The notes beneath the pieces are model-generated. The model ran no database searches and was not told the DNA's origin. It was given only the letters and a program-made list of their open reading frames with translations. This document shows, in pieces, positions 25,001 through 31,928 of a stretch of DNA of 32,000 nt (position 1 is the first letter of the stretch; each line of letters opens with the position of its first letter). Source of the DNA: Nostoc sp. ChiVER01. GTDB taxonomy: Bacteria; Cyanobacteriota; Cyanobacteriia; Cyanobacteriales; Nostocaceae. A program made the position numbers and the translations under genes. The stretch spans positions 37,004-69,003 of the forward strand of contig NZ_JAVRBS010000017.1 in assembly GCF_034531155.1 (NCBI RefSeq), read 5' to 3'.

Positions 25001-26081
25001 ACATCCAGATGTCGCACTTAGCCTCAACAACCTCGCAGAACTCTACCATTCCCAAGGTAGATACAGCGAAGCTGAACCCCTTTTTATCCAAGCTTTGGTA
25101 CTCAGACGCAACCTGCTTGGAGATGAACATCCATCTGTCGCTGCTAGCCTCAACGGTCTAGCAGAACTCTACAACTCCCAAGGTAGATACAGCGAAGCCG
25201 AACCCCTTTTTATCCAAGCTTTAGCACTCAGACGCCAGCTGCTTGGAGATGAACATCCTTATGTCGTCCAAAGCCTCAATAACCTAGCGTTACTCTACAC
25301 TTGCCAAGACAGATACAGCGAAGCCGAACCCCTTTACATCCAAGCTTTGGCACTCAGACGCAAGCTGCTTGGAGATGAACATCCAGATGTCGCCACTAGC
25401 CTTTACAATTTAGCGGGACTCTACACCTGCCAAGGCAGATACGACGAAGCCGAACCCCTTTACATCAAAGATTTGGCACTTACGCGCCAGCTGCTAGGAG
25501 AAGAACATCCTTATGTCGCCCAAAGCCTCAACAACCTTGCGGGAATCTACTGTTCCCAAGGCAGATACCGCGAAGCCGAACCCCTTTTTATCCAAGCTTT
25601 GGCACTCAGACGCAACCTGCTGCCAGAAGAACATCCAGATGTCGCCCAAAGTCTCAACAACCTCGCAGAACTCTACACCTGCCAAGGCAGATACAGCGAA
25701 GTCGAATCCCTTTTTATCCAAGCTTTGGCACTTATGCGCCAGATGCTGCCAGAAGAACATCCTTATGTCGCCCAAAGCCTCAACAACCTAGCGGGACTCT
25801 ACCGTTCTCACGGCAAATACAGCGAAGCCGAAACCCTTTACATTCAAGCTTTGGCACTCTACCGCAAGCTGTTAGGAGAAGAACATCCTTATGTCGCTAC
25901 TAGCCTCCACAACCTAGCGGGACTCTATAACTGCCAAGGCAAATATAGCGAAGCTGAACCCCTTTTCATCCAAGCTTTGGAAATTGCTGAACTTAGTTTA
26001 GGGGTAAATCATCCCAATACAATTACTTTCCGTGAAAATCTGAAATATTTGCGCGATCGCCTCCCCCCAAATCCAGAATAA
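22071..26081 (+). CDS. NB-ARC (STAND) ATPase with an N-terminal amyloid-type motif and a 21-unit TPR sensor (NLR-like)
   Basis: 1336 aa. The N-terminus carries LQSILRNVQVGGNLTTGDITQ. NB-ARC motifs follow: FVGRAETLVNLHERL lead-in, P-loop GMGGVGKT (22335-22358), Walker B VLVVLDDV (22560-22583), LITSR and GYLPLAL (GLPL-type). These are followed by about 21 x 42-aa TPR units of the kinesin-light-chain (TPR_10/12) type. Confidence 0.9.
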   Translation: MSKNHSPEEILQSILRNVQVGGNLTTGDITQILNLLVIIQQPDVFKPKEIPQNIPRGSVVKFVGRAETLVNLHERLQHSSQVVIAAIEGMGGVGKTELATQYALIHLLLNTYPGGICWLRARDEDIGLQILQFAIAKLGLKPPEDWDLPQQVDFCWSRWHDGNVLVVLDDVNDYPKVEQYLPPQSPRFKLLITSRLQLDFPQSFTLDVLSESAALELLQEWVGTEKVAQELEDAKEICQRLGYLPLALNLVGRYVKKRRLSLAEMLRRLEEKKLTHESLARDEKDRAWTLNVKRGVAAAFELSWEELNDYAKELGVLLSLFALAPIPWRLVESVETGKNTTQLEKSRVDLEDLHLLQGEDSYQLHQLIREFFQLKQAEFNQVEELKRSLCGVIIVDAKKISDSPTLEQITAVSPTIPHIAEVANHLIQYLSNDDLIWPFLGNVWFYKGQGLYNQALFWCKQCLEVTKKCLGEEHPDVAQSFNNLALLYRNQGRYSEAEPLYIQALALRRQLLGELHPDVAQSLNNLAELYRYQGRYSEAESLHSQALVLKVLLLEEEHPEVALSLSNLAGLYYYQGRYSEAEPLLIQALALRRKLLGDEHPDVGVTLNNLAELYRSQGRYSEAEPLYIQALALMRQLLGDAHPDVATSLNNLAELYNSQGRYNEAEPLLIQALALRRKLLGDEHPDVATSLNNLAGLYYHQGRYSEAEPLFIQALALMRQVLGDEHPNVALSLNNLGELYRYQGRYSEAEPLYIQALALMRQVLGEEHPSVAQGLNNLAELYNSQGRYSEAEPLYIQGLVLMRKLLREEHPDVATSLNKLAGFYEFQGRCSEAEPLFIQALTLTRKLFGDEHLSVANSLDKLAGLYRSQGRYSEAEPLFIQALALTRQVLGEEHLSVAASLNNLALLYRSQGRYSEAEPLFIQALALMRHLLPEENPSVARCLNNLAELYHFQGRYSEAEPLFIQALALMRQLLPEEHPDVALSLNNLAELYHSQGRYSEAEPLFIQALVLRRNLLGDEHPSVAASLNGLAELYNSQGRYSEAEPLFIQALALRRQLLGDEHPYVVQSLNNLALLYTCQDRYSEAEPLYIQALALRRKLLGDEHPDVATSLYNLAGLYTCQGRYDEAEPLYIKDLALTRQLLGEEHPYVAQSLNNLAGIYCSQGRYREAEPLFIQALALRRNLLPEEHPDVAQSLNNLAELYTCQGRYSEVESLFIQALALMRQMLPEEHPYVAQSLNNLAGLYRSHGKYSEAETLYIQALALYRKLLGEEHPYVATSLHNLAGLYNCQGKYSEAEPLFIQALEIAELSLGVNHPNTITFRENLKYLRDRLPPNPE
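23418..26063 (+). repeat. Tandem array of 126-bp coding repeats (21 TPR units)
   Basis: GGCAGATA(C/T)AG(C/T)GAAGCCGAACCCCTT recurs with an exact 126-nt period (e.g. 23544, 23670 ... 25938). Many stretches over 50 nt are identical between units. The antisense and out-of-frame ORFs called here are repeat artefacts. Confidence 0.9.
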
Positions 26082-26184
26082 GCTAGTTTTGTACAAAGCG
26101 TACCGTGATAAAACTGAAAAGCACCTTAGCGATCGCGGAGCGTCTCGTAGAGAAGCTCACCAAAGGTATCGCTTATACTCAAAT

Positions 26185-26228
26185 TCATATTCAATAAGTA
26201 AAAATGCCTGATTACTTATTCAATATGA
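26185..26228 (+). terminator. AT-rich 16-bp-arm hairpin about 100 nt downstream of the NLR stop
   Basis: TCATATTCAATAAGTA (26185-26200), a 12-nt loop, then TACTTATTCAATATGA (26213-26228), with one mismatch. It is followed by GCTTTTACTTCTTC. Confidence 0.35.
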
Positions 26229-26530
26229 GCTTTTACTTCTTCAAAAGCAGCTTTTAATGTCGCATTTGAGTGTTTTCCACAAACAAAAGCAGCTTTTACT
26301 TCTTCAAAAGCAGCTTTTAATGTTGCATTTGAGTGTTTTCCACAAACAAAAGAAGCTTTTGGTTTTTCATTTTAGTGTTTTACGCAAGCAAAAGCAGCTT
26401 TTACTTTCTCAAACCCCAGTTTGCTTTCTTATTTTAATGTTTTCCGCAAACAAAAGCAGCTTTTACTTTCTCAAAAGGTGCTTTTAGTTACTCAAACCCC
26501 AGTTTGCTTTCTCATTTGAGTAATTCACGC
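26229..26530. repeat. Degenerate tandem repeat, five units of about 63 bp
   Basis: Unit starts (GCTTTT...) are at 26229, 26292, 26355, 26397 and 26459. Units 1 and 2 are nearly identical (gcttttacttcttcaaaagcagcttttaatgt(c/t)gcatttgagtgttttccacaaacaaaag). Unit 3 is shortened to 42 bp. Units 4 and 5 diverge by sharing aaaccccagtttgctttct. Confidence 0.8.
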
Positions 26531-26776
26531 ATTCTCTGACTCCTTCTGATTAATCTTGGATAACAGTCTTATGCTCAACATAATTTTTATCAATATCAAA
26601 AGCTCTAGCATGAAACAGCAAGTAGGTGTATAGTAGGATGCTAGTTGATAGCAATGATATTTCATCAAGCCAAAATTGTCGGTTATAGGCAAAAGGAAAA
26701 GTTAAAGGTTTATTCCTTTATCTTTTCGGTTTACCTTGCCAAAGTAACTTGGTGAACTATTAGGTATGGAGGAATA

Positions 26777-26953
26777 GTGTTTAAACGTCGCACGATATTA
26801 TTCGGTCTACTTGCATTTGGCTTAACGTTAGCATTTAGCACACAAGTCTATGGACAATCCACTGCTGGGCCAGAAGCTTGGCAGACAGTCTACAATCAGG
26901 CGGTTGCTTCGGCAACAACGACAGTTACAGCTTCGACCTTTATAGCCCACTAA
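26777..26953 (+). CDS. Small secreted peptide (58 aa), possible
   Basis: GTG start at 26777 preceded by GGAGGA (26768-26773). It reads VFKRRTILFGLLAFGLTLAFSTQVYGQSTAGPEAWQTVYNQAVASATTTVTASTFIAH. The signal peptide resembles that of the next gene. It falls below the ORF-track length cut-off. Confidence 0.35.
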   Translation: MFKRRTILFGLLAFGLTLAFSTQVYGQSTAGPEAWQTVYNQAVASATTTVTASTFIAH

Positions 26954-27154
26954 AGTTTTTCAATTTGGCGGGTTTTTGGAATGCTTAGACCTTTGGCTAG
27001 AAAAAGTTCTGAGTAGATTTAGCTTGAGAATCAAGAGTAAGGAATTGTGATTTTTTGGTAATTCCTACGCCTGCTCCCCACCTGACTATATCTCTAACTC
27101 GTTAACTCCGATTCTGCCGTAACCAAATATTTCAAACACCGTGAGGAGTTTTTC

Positions 27155-28450
27155 ATGTTCAAACCTCGCGCAATTTTTAGCGCCTTAGCTGCAATTATCC
27201 TTGCACTTGTCATAGGTACACAGGTGCATAAACAACCCGCCGTTGCTTCTGGAGGAGGGTGTAATCCAACTTCACATAACCTACCTATATGCCCAAGCAC
27301 AGCACCGTCAAAGTCAGCTAGTTTCCTTGATCCTACTGCGACAATCATCAATCCAACAAATATTCGCTTGGGTAAAAAAGTCTACGTAGCGCCATTTGCC
27401 AAGTTAGACGCTACTATTGCCCCCATTAGCATCGCGGATGATTCTAACGTCCAAGACCAAGTGAGAATTATAGCTTCGGGAACGGGAGTGGATATTGGGC
27501 CGCGAGTAATTATGGCACACATGGCCACTATCAAAGGTGCAGCCAAAATCGGGACTCAAGGCTCAACCGGGCCTTTTAGCAACCCGATTACCAATGCTCA
27601 GTTCAAGAACGATATTCCAGAGACATTTCTCAGCTTCAACTGTGAAGTAGATGGTGCAACTATAGAAAGCAACACGGTAGTCAACTTTCTCTCGCGGGTT
27701 GGCCCTGGTGTTACCTTACCTGCTGGTAAAGTTGTCCTGCCAGGTAAAAACGTCACAACGAACCTAGAAGCTACTAGCGGTAGTTTAGGGAAGGTGGCAA
27801 ACCTGACAGAAGCCGACGTTGCATTGCTTGAAGGCATCATTGAAGTCAATGAAGCATTTGCCAAAGGTTACACAGAATTGGCCAGAATAGACTTGTCAAA
27901 TGTACAAGGCATAAATTTCGCTCCAGTCACATCTTTTAACCCCGGAGGTCTGCCGCAGATAGGTGGGGTTGTAACTCGCGATTTTACCTTCCGTAATCGC
28001 ATCATCGGTAATGTCGTTCTGGAAGATTCTTTCGCAACCCTGAATGACAAAATAGGCCTGACTGACAAAATAGGTAATGGAATTTCCCTGCGTGCTGATG
28101 AGGGTCAACCTTTTAATGTCGGGAAAATTGCTGGGATGGCAAACGATGTTGTCTTTCACGCTTTAGCAACAACTAGCTTGACTCTCGGTGATAATATTGG
28201 CTACGGGCCTCGTGTTCTAGTTCATGGTGGTAGACAAGTTGTCAATGGTGTTGCTAATGGCCCTCAAACCAGGATAGATGATTCCGTAGGGCTAGCACCG
28301 AACTCCGTTATATTCCGCTCAGTTATTGGCAACAACTCAGCAGTTGGGGAAAAAAGCGCAGTCTTTAATTCTACAGTAGCTCCGAGAACGGCTATCGGTT
28401 CTCGAACAATCTATGCTGACAACGGCAAGATTTCATCTGTGGAGTGGTAA
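27155..28450 (+). CDS. Secreted protein with hexapeptide-repeat / left-handed beta-helix-like segments, function unknown
   Basis: 431 aa. GAGGAG SD lies upstream and the signal peptide is MFKPRAIFSALAAIILALVIGTQV. The segment LDPTATIINPTNIRLGKKVYVAPFAKLDA..ISIADDSNVQDQVRI...IGPRVIMAHMATIKGAAKIG follows the gamma-carbonic-anhydrase/LbH periodicity. A second similar block lies near the C-terminus. Confidence 0.65.
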   Translation: MFKPRAIFSALAAIILALVIGTQVHKQPAVASGGGCNPTSHNLPICPSTAPSKSASFLDPTATIINPTNIRLGKKVYVAPFAKLDATIAPISIADDSNVQDQVRIIASGTGVDIGPRVIMAHMATIKGAAKIGTQGSTGPFSNPITNAQFKNDIPETFLSFNCEVDGATIESNTVVNFLSRVGPGVTLPAGKVVLPGKNVTTNLEATSGSLGKVANLTEADVALLEGIIEVNEAFAKGYTELARIDLSNVQGINFAPVTSFNPGGLPQIGGVVTRDFTFRNRIIGNVVLEDSFATLNDKIGLTDKIGNGISLRADEGQPFNVGKIAGMANDVVFHALATTSLTLGDNIGYGPRVLVHGGRQVVNGVANGPQTRIDDSVGLAPNSVIFRSVIGNNSAVGEKSAVFNSTVAPRTAIGSRTIYADNGKISSVEW

Positions 28451-28470
28451 GCAATAACTTTTGCATAATT

Positions 28471-29019
28471 ATGAATTTGAAAATCTTGCCGCTAGTGCAA
28501 TTACAGTGCCTACGATTGATTCTGCTGTTTACTTTGATATTCGGACTGATGCTAAGTCTTGATGACGGTTCATCTATAGCCGCACAGAAGGTTGGGAAAC
28601 CTGGATTTGACCTTGTAAATGCTGACATCACTTCTAATCAGGTTCAGGTGGTAGAACCTCCAATCACCGGACTTACTTCTACATTGTCGGATGAGGTCAA
28701 GGAATTACCTACAGAGTTAATTCGCTGGTCAACTTACTGGCAACTTTGCTGGCAACCATATCCCGAAGCTAAAGAGTACGAACTACAAGCGGTGTTTATG
28801 GAAGGCAAGTCTCCAAAATTGCGACGTCAAAGCGATCGCTGCTTTCGTATCCAAGCTGCATCTAATGAAAACCAAAAATCACAAGGACTTCTCAACCGTG
28901 AATTAATCTTGTTGATGCATAAAATTCAGCTTGGTTATCGAGTCCGAGCGGTCTTAGATGATAACCATGTAAGTCAATGGTCTGAAGTTATGGCGGTTGG
29001 TGCAACTAACGTTACTTGA
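28471..29019 (+). CDS. Membrane-anchored or secreted hypothetical protein with a possible FN3-like C-terminal domain
   Basis: The ATG at 28471 (MNLKILPLVQLQCLRLILLFTLIFGLML) gives 182 aa. The ORF track uses GTG 28444, which overlaps the upstream stop. The C-terminal pattern W..W.......YELQ......Y.VRAV......S.WSEV is FN3-like. It is likely co-transcribed with 27155-28450. Confidence 0.55.
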   Translation: MNLKILPLVQLQCLRLILLFTLIFGLMLSLDDGSSIAAQKVGKPGFDLVNADITSNQVQVVEPPITGLTSTLSDEVKELPTELIRWSTYWQLCWQPYPEAKEYELQAVFMEGKSPKLRRQSDRCFRIQAASNENQKSQGLLNRELILLMHKIQLGYRVRAVLDDNHVSQWSEVMAVGATNVT

Positions 29020-29063
29020 TATTATTCTCAGGGCAACAGAGGCGATCGCACCTCAGTCGCTAC

Positions 29064-30368
29064 TCAGCTGCTAGGCAAGTGGGGTAGTTTACATAACTGA
29101 CGTGCATAAGCGATCGCCTCTGTTGCTGTTGAAACTTTCCCCTCAGCTTGTGCTACGCCAATTTCTCTCAACAGTTGGCCGATAATTGGCGAAGCTGGAA
29201 TATCTAATGCTATAATCAACTCCTTCCCGCTCACTAGTGGAGTGGGATGAGCGACCAGATCATCAGGGTTCAGGTAGCGGTTGATCAAAGGTGCTAAAAC
29301 TTGGCAGCATTTTGCTTTGGTTTCCACTGCTGTGTGTAGTGGCTTGTCACCAGACATCGCCTCTACCAAAATATCAAGTGCTACAGCTAAGACTGCCATA
29401 GCGGGAAACACAATATCTGCGTCATGAAAGAAAAAATATTGTTCTCGCAAGGACATATCAACTACTTGAAGCTGTGGTAACAGTTTCAAGGCAGTGGTTA
29501 CACCCCGAATTTCGGCACGACTATAAGTTAGTTCCTGTAGTTCTATTTCTGCTAACTCTGGCGCTGGGTTGACAAGACAAGCAAGTTTGGCAATACCTAA
29601 CCAAGTAGTTTTAACACTATCGCGGACATATTCTTGCAGTTTTTCCCCTAATTGTTGCCAATTTTGGCTGAGTAAAGCTGCTGCTTCGTCAACTGCTGCT
29701 AGTTTTATCAAGCTTTCACGAGTGGCATTTTTGAAGAAAGGCGCAAGTAAACCATCTTCCCAAGCACTTGTAATCCAAGGAGTACCCTGAGAATTTGCCA
29801 GCAGATAGCCAATTTCTACCCTAACTCGTTCGGCTGCAACTTGGCTGATATGTGATGCTAAAGAACGAATTGCGGCTTGGGTAGCTGGCTCAATAGTAAA
29901 ACCTAGTTGGGCGGCTTGGCGATAACCTCGCATTAGCCGTAAAGGGTCATCTTCTAGGTTTGCAGGTGATACCATTCGCAAAATGCCCTGTTGCAAGTCT
30001 GCACAACCTTGCAGAGGATCGATGATTTCTTGGGTATGGGGATTATAAGCGATCGCATTTACTGTAAAATCCCGTCTGTGCAAATCAACATCTATACTAT
30101 CTCCTTCCTGCTGGGCAAAGTCAGCCGTAGCGTGGGGAAAAACCACACGCGCAATTTGTCGTTCTGCATCGAGTAACACAAAACCAGCTTTGTAATGATG
30201 AGCGATCGCTCTCGCTACCTTTACCGCCTTAGATGGTATAACAAAATCTAAATCCAGATATGCGCGAGTTCTGCCAAGGATAGCATCTCGGACAGCGCCA
30301 CCTACCATGTAAGCTGGTTGTGGTAAAAATTCCAAGCTGAAAGGCCAATTTTCGGGAGCTAATACCAT
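29064..30368 (-). CDS. cca: CCA-adding tRNA nucleotidyltransferase (PolyA_pol family)
   Basis: 434 aa. Motifs are GGAVRDAILGR...DLDFV, RRDFTVNAIA and DPLRLMRGYR, typical of class II nucleotidyltransferases. Confidence 0.85.
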   Translation of the reverse strand: MVLAPENWPFSLEFLPQPAYMVGGAVRDAILGRTRAYLDLDFVIPSKAVKVARAIAHHYKAGFVLLDAERQIARVVFPHATADFAQQEGDSIDVDLHRRDFTVNAIAYNPHTQEIIDPLQGCADLQQGILRMVSPANLEDDPLRLMRGYRQAAQLGFTIEPATQAAIRSLASHISQVAAERVRVEIGYLLANSQGTPWITSAWEDGLLAPFFKNATRESLIKLAAVDEAAALLSQNWQQLGEKLQEYVRDSVKTTWLGIAKLACLVNPAPELAEIELQELTYSRAEIRGVTTALKLLPQLQVVDMSLREQYFFFHDADIVFPAMAVLAVALDILVEAMSGDKPLHTAVETKAKCCQVLAPLINRYLNPDDLVAHPTPLVSGKELIIALDIPASPIIGQLLREIGVAQAEGKVSTATEAIAYARQLCKLPHLPSS

Positions 30369-30517
30369 TTTGGATTTTAGATTTTAGATTGTGTACTCCT
30401 ACGGTAAAGCAAGCTAAGAGTAGCATCTTGTAGAGAAGAGTAGAGGCTACGCTGTCAGTGGCAGGTTTAGATCCCCCACGCTGTTGATTTTGACCAAAGG
30501 CGGACTTTCCTTGCTCT

Positions 30518-30552
30518 ACTCCTGAATTCTGACTTCTGAATTCTGAATTCTT
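30518..30552. repeat. STRR-type heptamer tandem repeat (ACTCCTG/AATTCTG/ACTTCTG x5)
   Basis: actcctg aattctg acttctg aattctg aattctt. This is the reverse complement of the CAGGAGT/CAGAATT family seen at 21507-21534. It lies in the divergent spacer between cca and ycf34. Confidence 0.8.
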
Positions 30553-30648
30553 CTTCAAGCATTGTAATAAAAATCAACCCAGCAACTCATGAATAACAGT
30601 TGGGCTTACGTTAGATTAACAATAAAGGCCCCTGGAGTTGGTTCTATT

Positions 30649-30897
30649 ATGTGTATTTGCGTGAATTGCCACTATGTAGACCGATGTGTTACCTATCATG
30701 CTGTAGAAGGGCAGCACCAACAGCCTCATTTGACCGAAACACCAAGTTTTGATCCGAATGAACCTTCCATCAATGTCAACATTCGGACTAAAGATGATGT
30801 CATTGAAATGGAATGGGATGTTGTTGGTTGTCTGAGCTTTAAGCGAGAAACGGGTAAATGGTCGAAGTTGCGTCCTGGTGAATTAGTGCCGACTTGA
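30649..30897 (+). CDS. ycf34: Ycf34 (cyanobacterial/plastid iron-sulfur protein)
   Basis: The start at ATG 30649 gives MCICVNCHYVDRCVTYHAVEGQH..., the canonical Ycf34 N-terminus with its Cys cluster. GGAG lies 11 nt upstream. The ORF-track start at 30589 is probably too early. Confidence 0.85.
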   Translation: MCICVNCHYVDRCVTYHAVEGQHQQPHLTETPSFDPNEPSINVNIRTKDDVIEMEWDVVGCLSFKRETGKWSKLRPGELVPT

Positions 30898-31268
30898 CAG
30901 AAAATGATTGGTGTATCTTACAGCTATTTTCAGGTAAATAGACAGGCGGTAGGGGCACAGCAATGCTGTGCTCTTATGTCAGATGTGGTTCAAATACATG
31001 AAAACTACTGTAATGAAATTTTATTTATCAGCGAATTTATGGTAAAGGGAGGAGATGTCAGGAAAGCGATCGCTATTAGAAAGTGAACAGCAAGTGAATA
31101 TTTGCGATCGTTTTCGACGGGTGTTTGCTCCATTGTCTTCTAATTTTGTTGAAATAGTAAGACCTTTGCCATGAGACTTCTTTCTGTAGTCTATTTAATT
31201 AAGAACCGCTATGTTATATATTTAAATAAATAAGGTTAACTTTATAAAAATAGATATTTTAAATAATT

Positions 31269-31928
31269 TTGACAACGGAACTAAAAGACCTTGCAATAAA
31301 TAAATACGCTTTAGGACTACATACCACCACACCAGAATTAGGTTTGGCAATTAGTAACTTTGCTGGTGAAAATCGCTCTCAAATTTGGAATTTAGGGCGT
31401 GAATTATCAAGCTTAGTGCATCAATATTTAATTGAATTTATCAAACCGCAAACTTGGGCAGATTTGTCCTTTATCGCAGTTGCAAAAGGGCCTGGCGGCT
31501 TTACAGGAACTCGAATTGGTGTTGTCACTGCTCGGACTTTAGGGCAACAGTTAGATATCCCCGTGTTTGCAATTTCAACTTTGGCTGCGGTAGCTTGGTC
31601 AGAAGCAGGCAAAAGTCAAAATATAAAAACTATTGCTGTGGAAATGCCAGCACAACGAGGTCAAATTTTTGCTGCTATTTATCAGTTTGAGCCAGATGTT
31701 TCTAAACTAAAAGCGTGTTTGTCAGATAGAGTGTTGACACCAGAAGCATGGCAGGAAACTTTAGCTAATTGGAACACTAATTATCAGTTAATTCAAGCTC
31801 AATCTGGGTTAGCAGAGACGGTGATAAGTATTTTAGAACTAGCTAATCTCGATTGGCAAGAGGGCAAGTGTCCTAATTGGTCAGAGGCTCTACCATATTA
31901 TGGGCAGCATCCAGTACAAGATACATAA
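31269..31928 (+). CDS. tsaB: tRNA threonylcarbamoyladenosine (t6A) biosynthesis protein TsaB (YeaZ family)
   Basis: 219 aa with a TTG start. Motifs are ALGLHTTTPELGLAI and FIAVAKGPGGFTGTRIGVVTARTLGQQLDIPVF, typical of TsaB. Confidence 0.8.
   Translation: MTTELKDLAINKYALGLHTTTPELGLAISNFAGENRSQIWNLGRELSSLVHQYLIEFIKPQTWADLSFIAVAKGPGGFTGTRIGVVTARTLGQQLDIPVFAISTLAAVAWSEAGKSQNIKTIAVEMPAQRGQIFAAIYQFEPDVSKLKACLSDRVLTPEAWQETLANWNTNYQLIQAQSGLAETVISILELANLDWQEGKCPNWSEALPYYGQHPVQDT

Noticed and set aside
22681-25791. Eight ORFs of 73-116 aa on both strands inside the NLR gene (e.g. 23646-23870, 24150-24500, 25494-25775).
   Set aside because: All but one are periodic artefacts of the 126-bp TPR repeat read out of frame or antisense, with products repeating at the same period. 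The exception, 22681-22911, lies in the NB-ARC region and is an ordinary antisense shadow ORF.
26257-26487. 76-aa ORF (MSHLSVFHKQKQLLLLQKQ...) and a possible CRISPR interpretation of the 26229-26530 repeats.
   Set aside because: The ORF is just the tandem repeat in frame. The array has contiguous degenerate units with no unique spacers and no adjacent cas genes, so it is not a CRISPR.
27094-28631. Antisense ORFs opposite the 431-aa secreted protein gene (27094-27351, 27598-27864, 27868-28068, 27896-28159, 28392-28631).
   Set aside because: They are shadow ORFs. The + strand frame has an SD and a signal peptide and is continuous for 431 codons.
30229-30558. 109-aa - strand ORF spanning the cca start and the upstream spacer.
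   Set aside because: It overlaps the 5' end of cca in another frame and runs through heptamer repeats and dispersed-repeat sequence. It has no SD or domain.
30904-31086. 60-aa + strand ORF downstream of ycf34.
   Set aside because: It contains the dispersed palindrome GCACAGCAATGCTGTGC (30955-30971), has no SD and no recognisable product. The region is more likely a 3' UTR or repeat.
31421-31690. ORFs 31421-31612 (-) and 31454-31690 (+, alternative frame) within tsaB.
   Set aside because: They lie inside the TsaB reading frame, which has clear family motifs.
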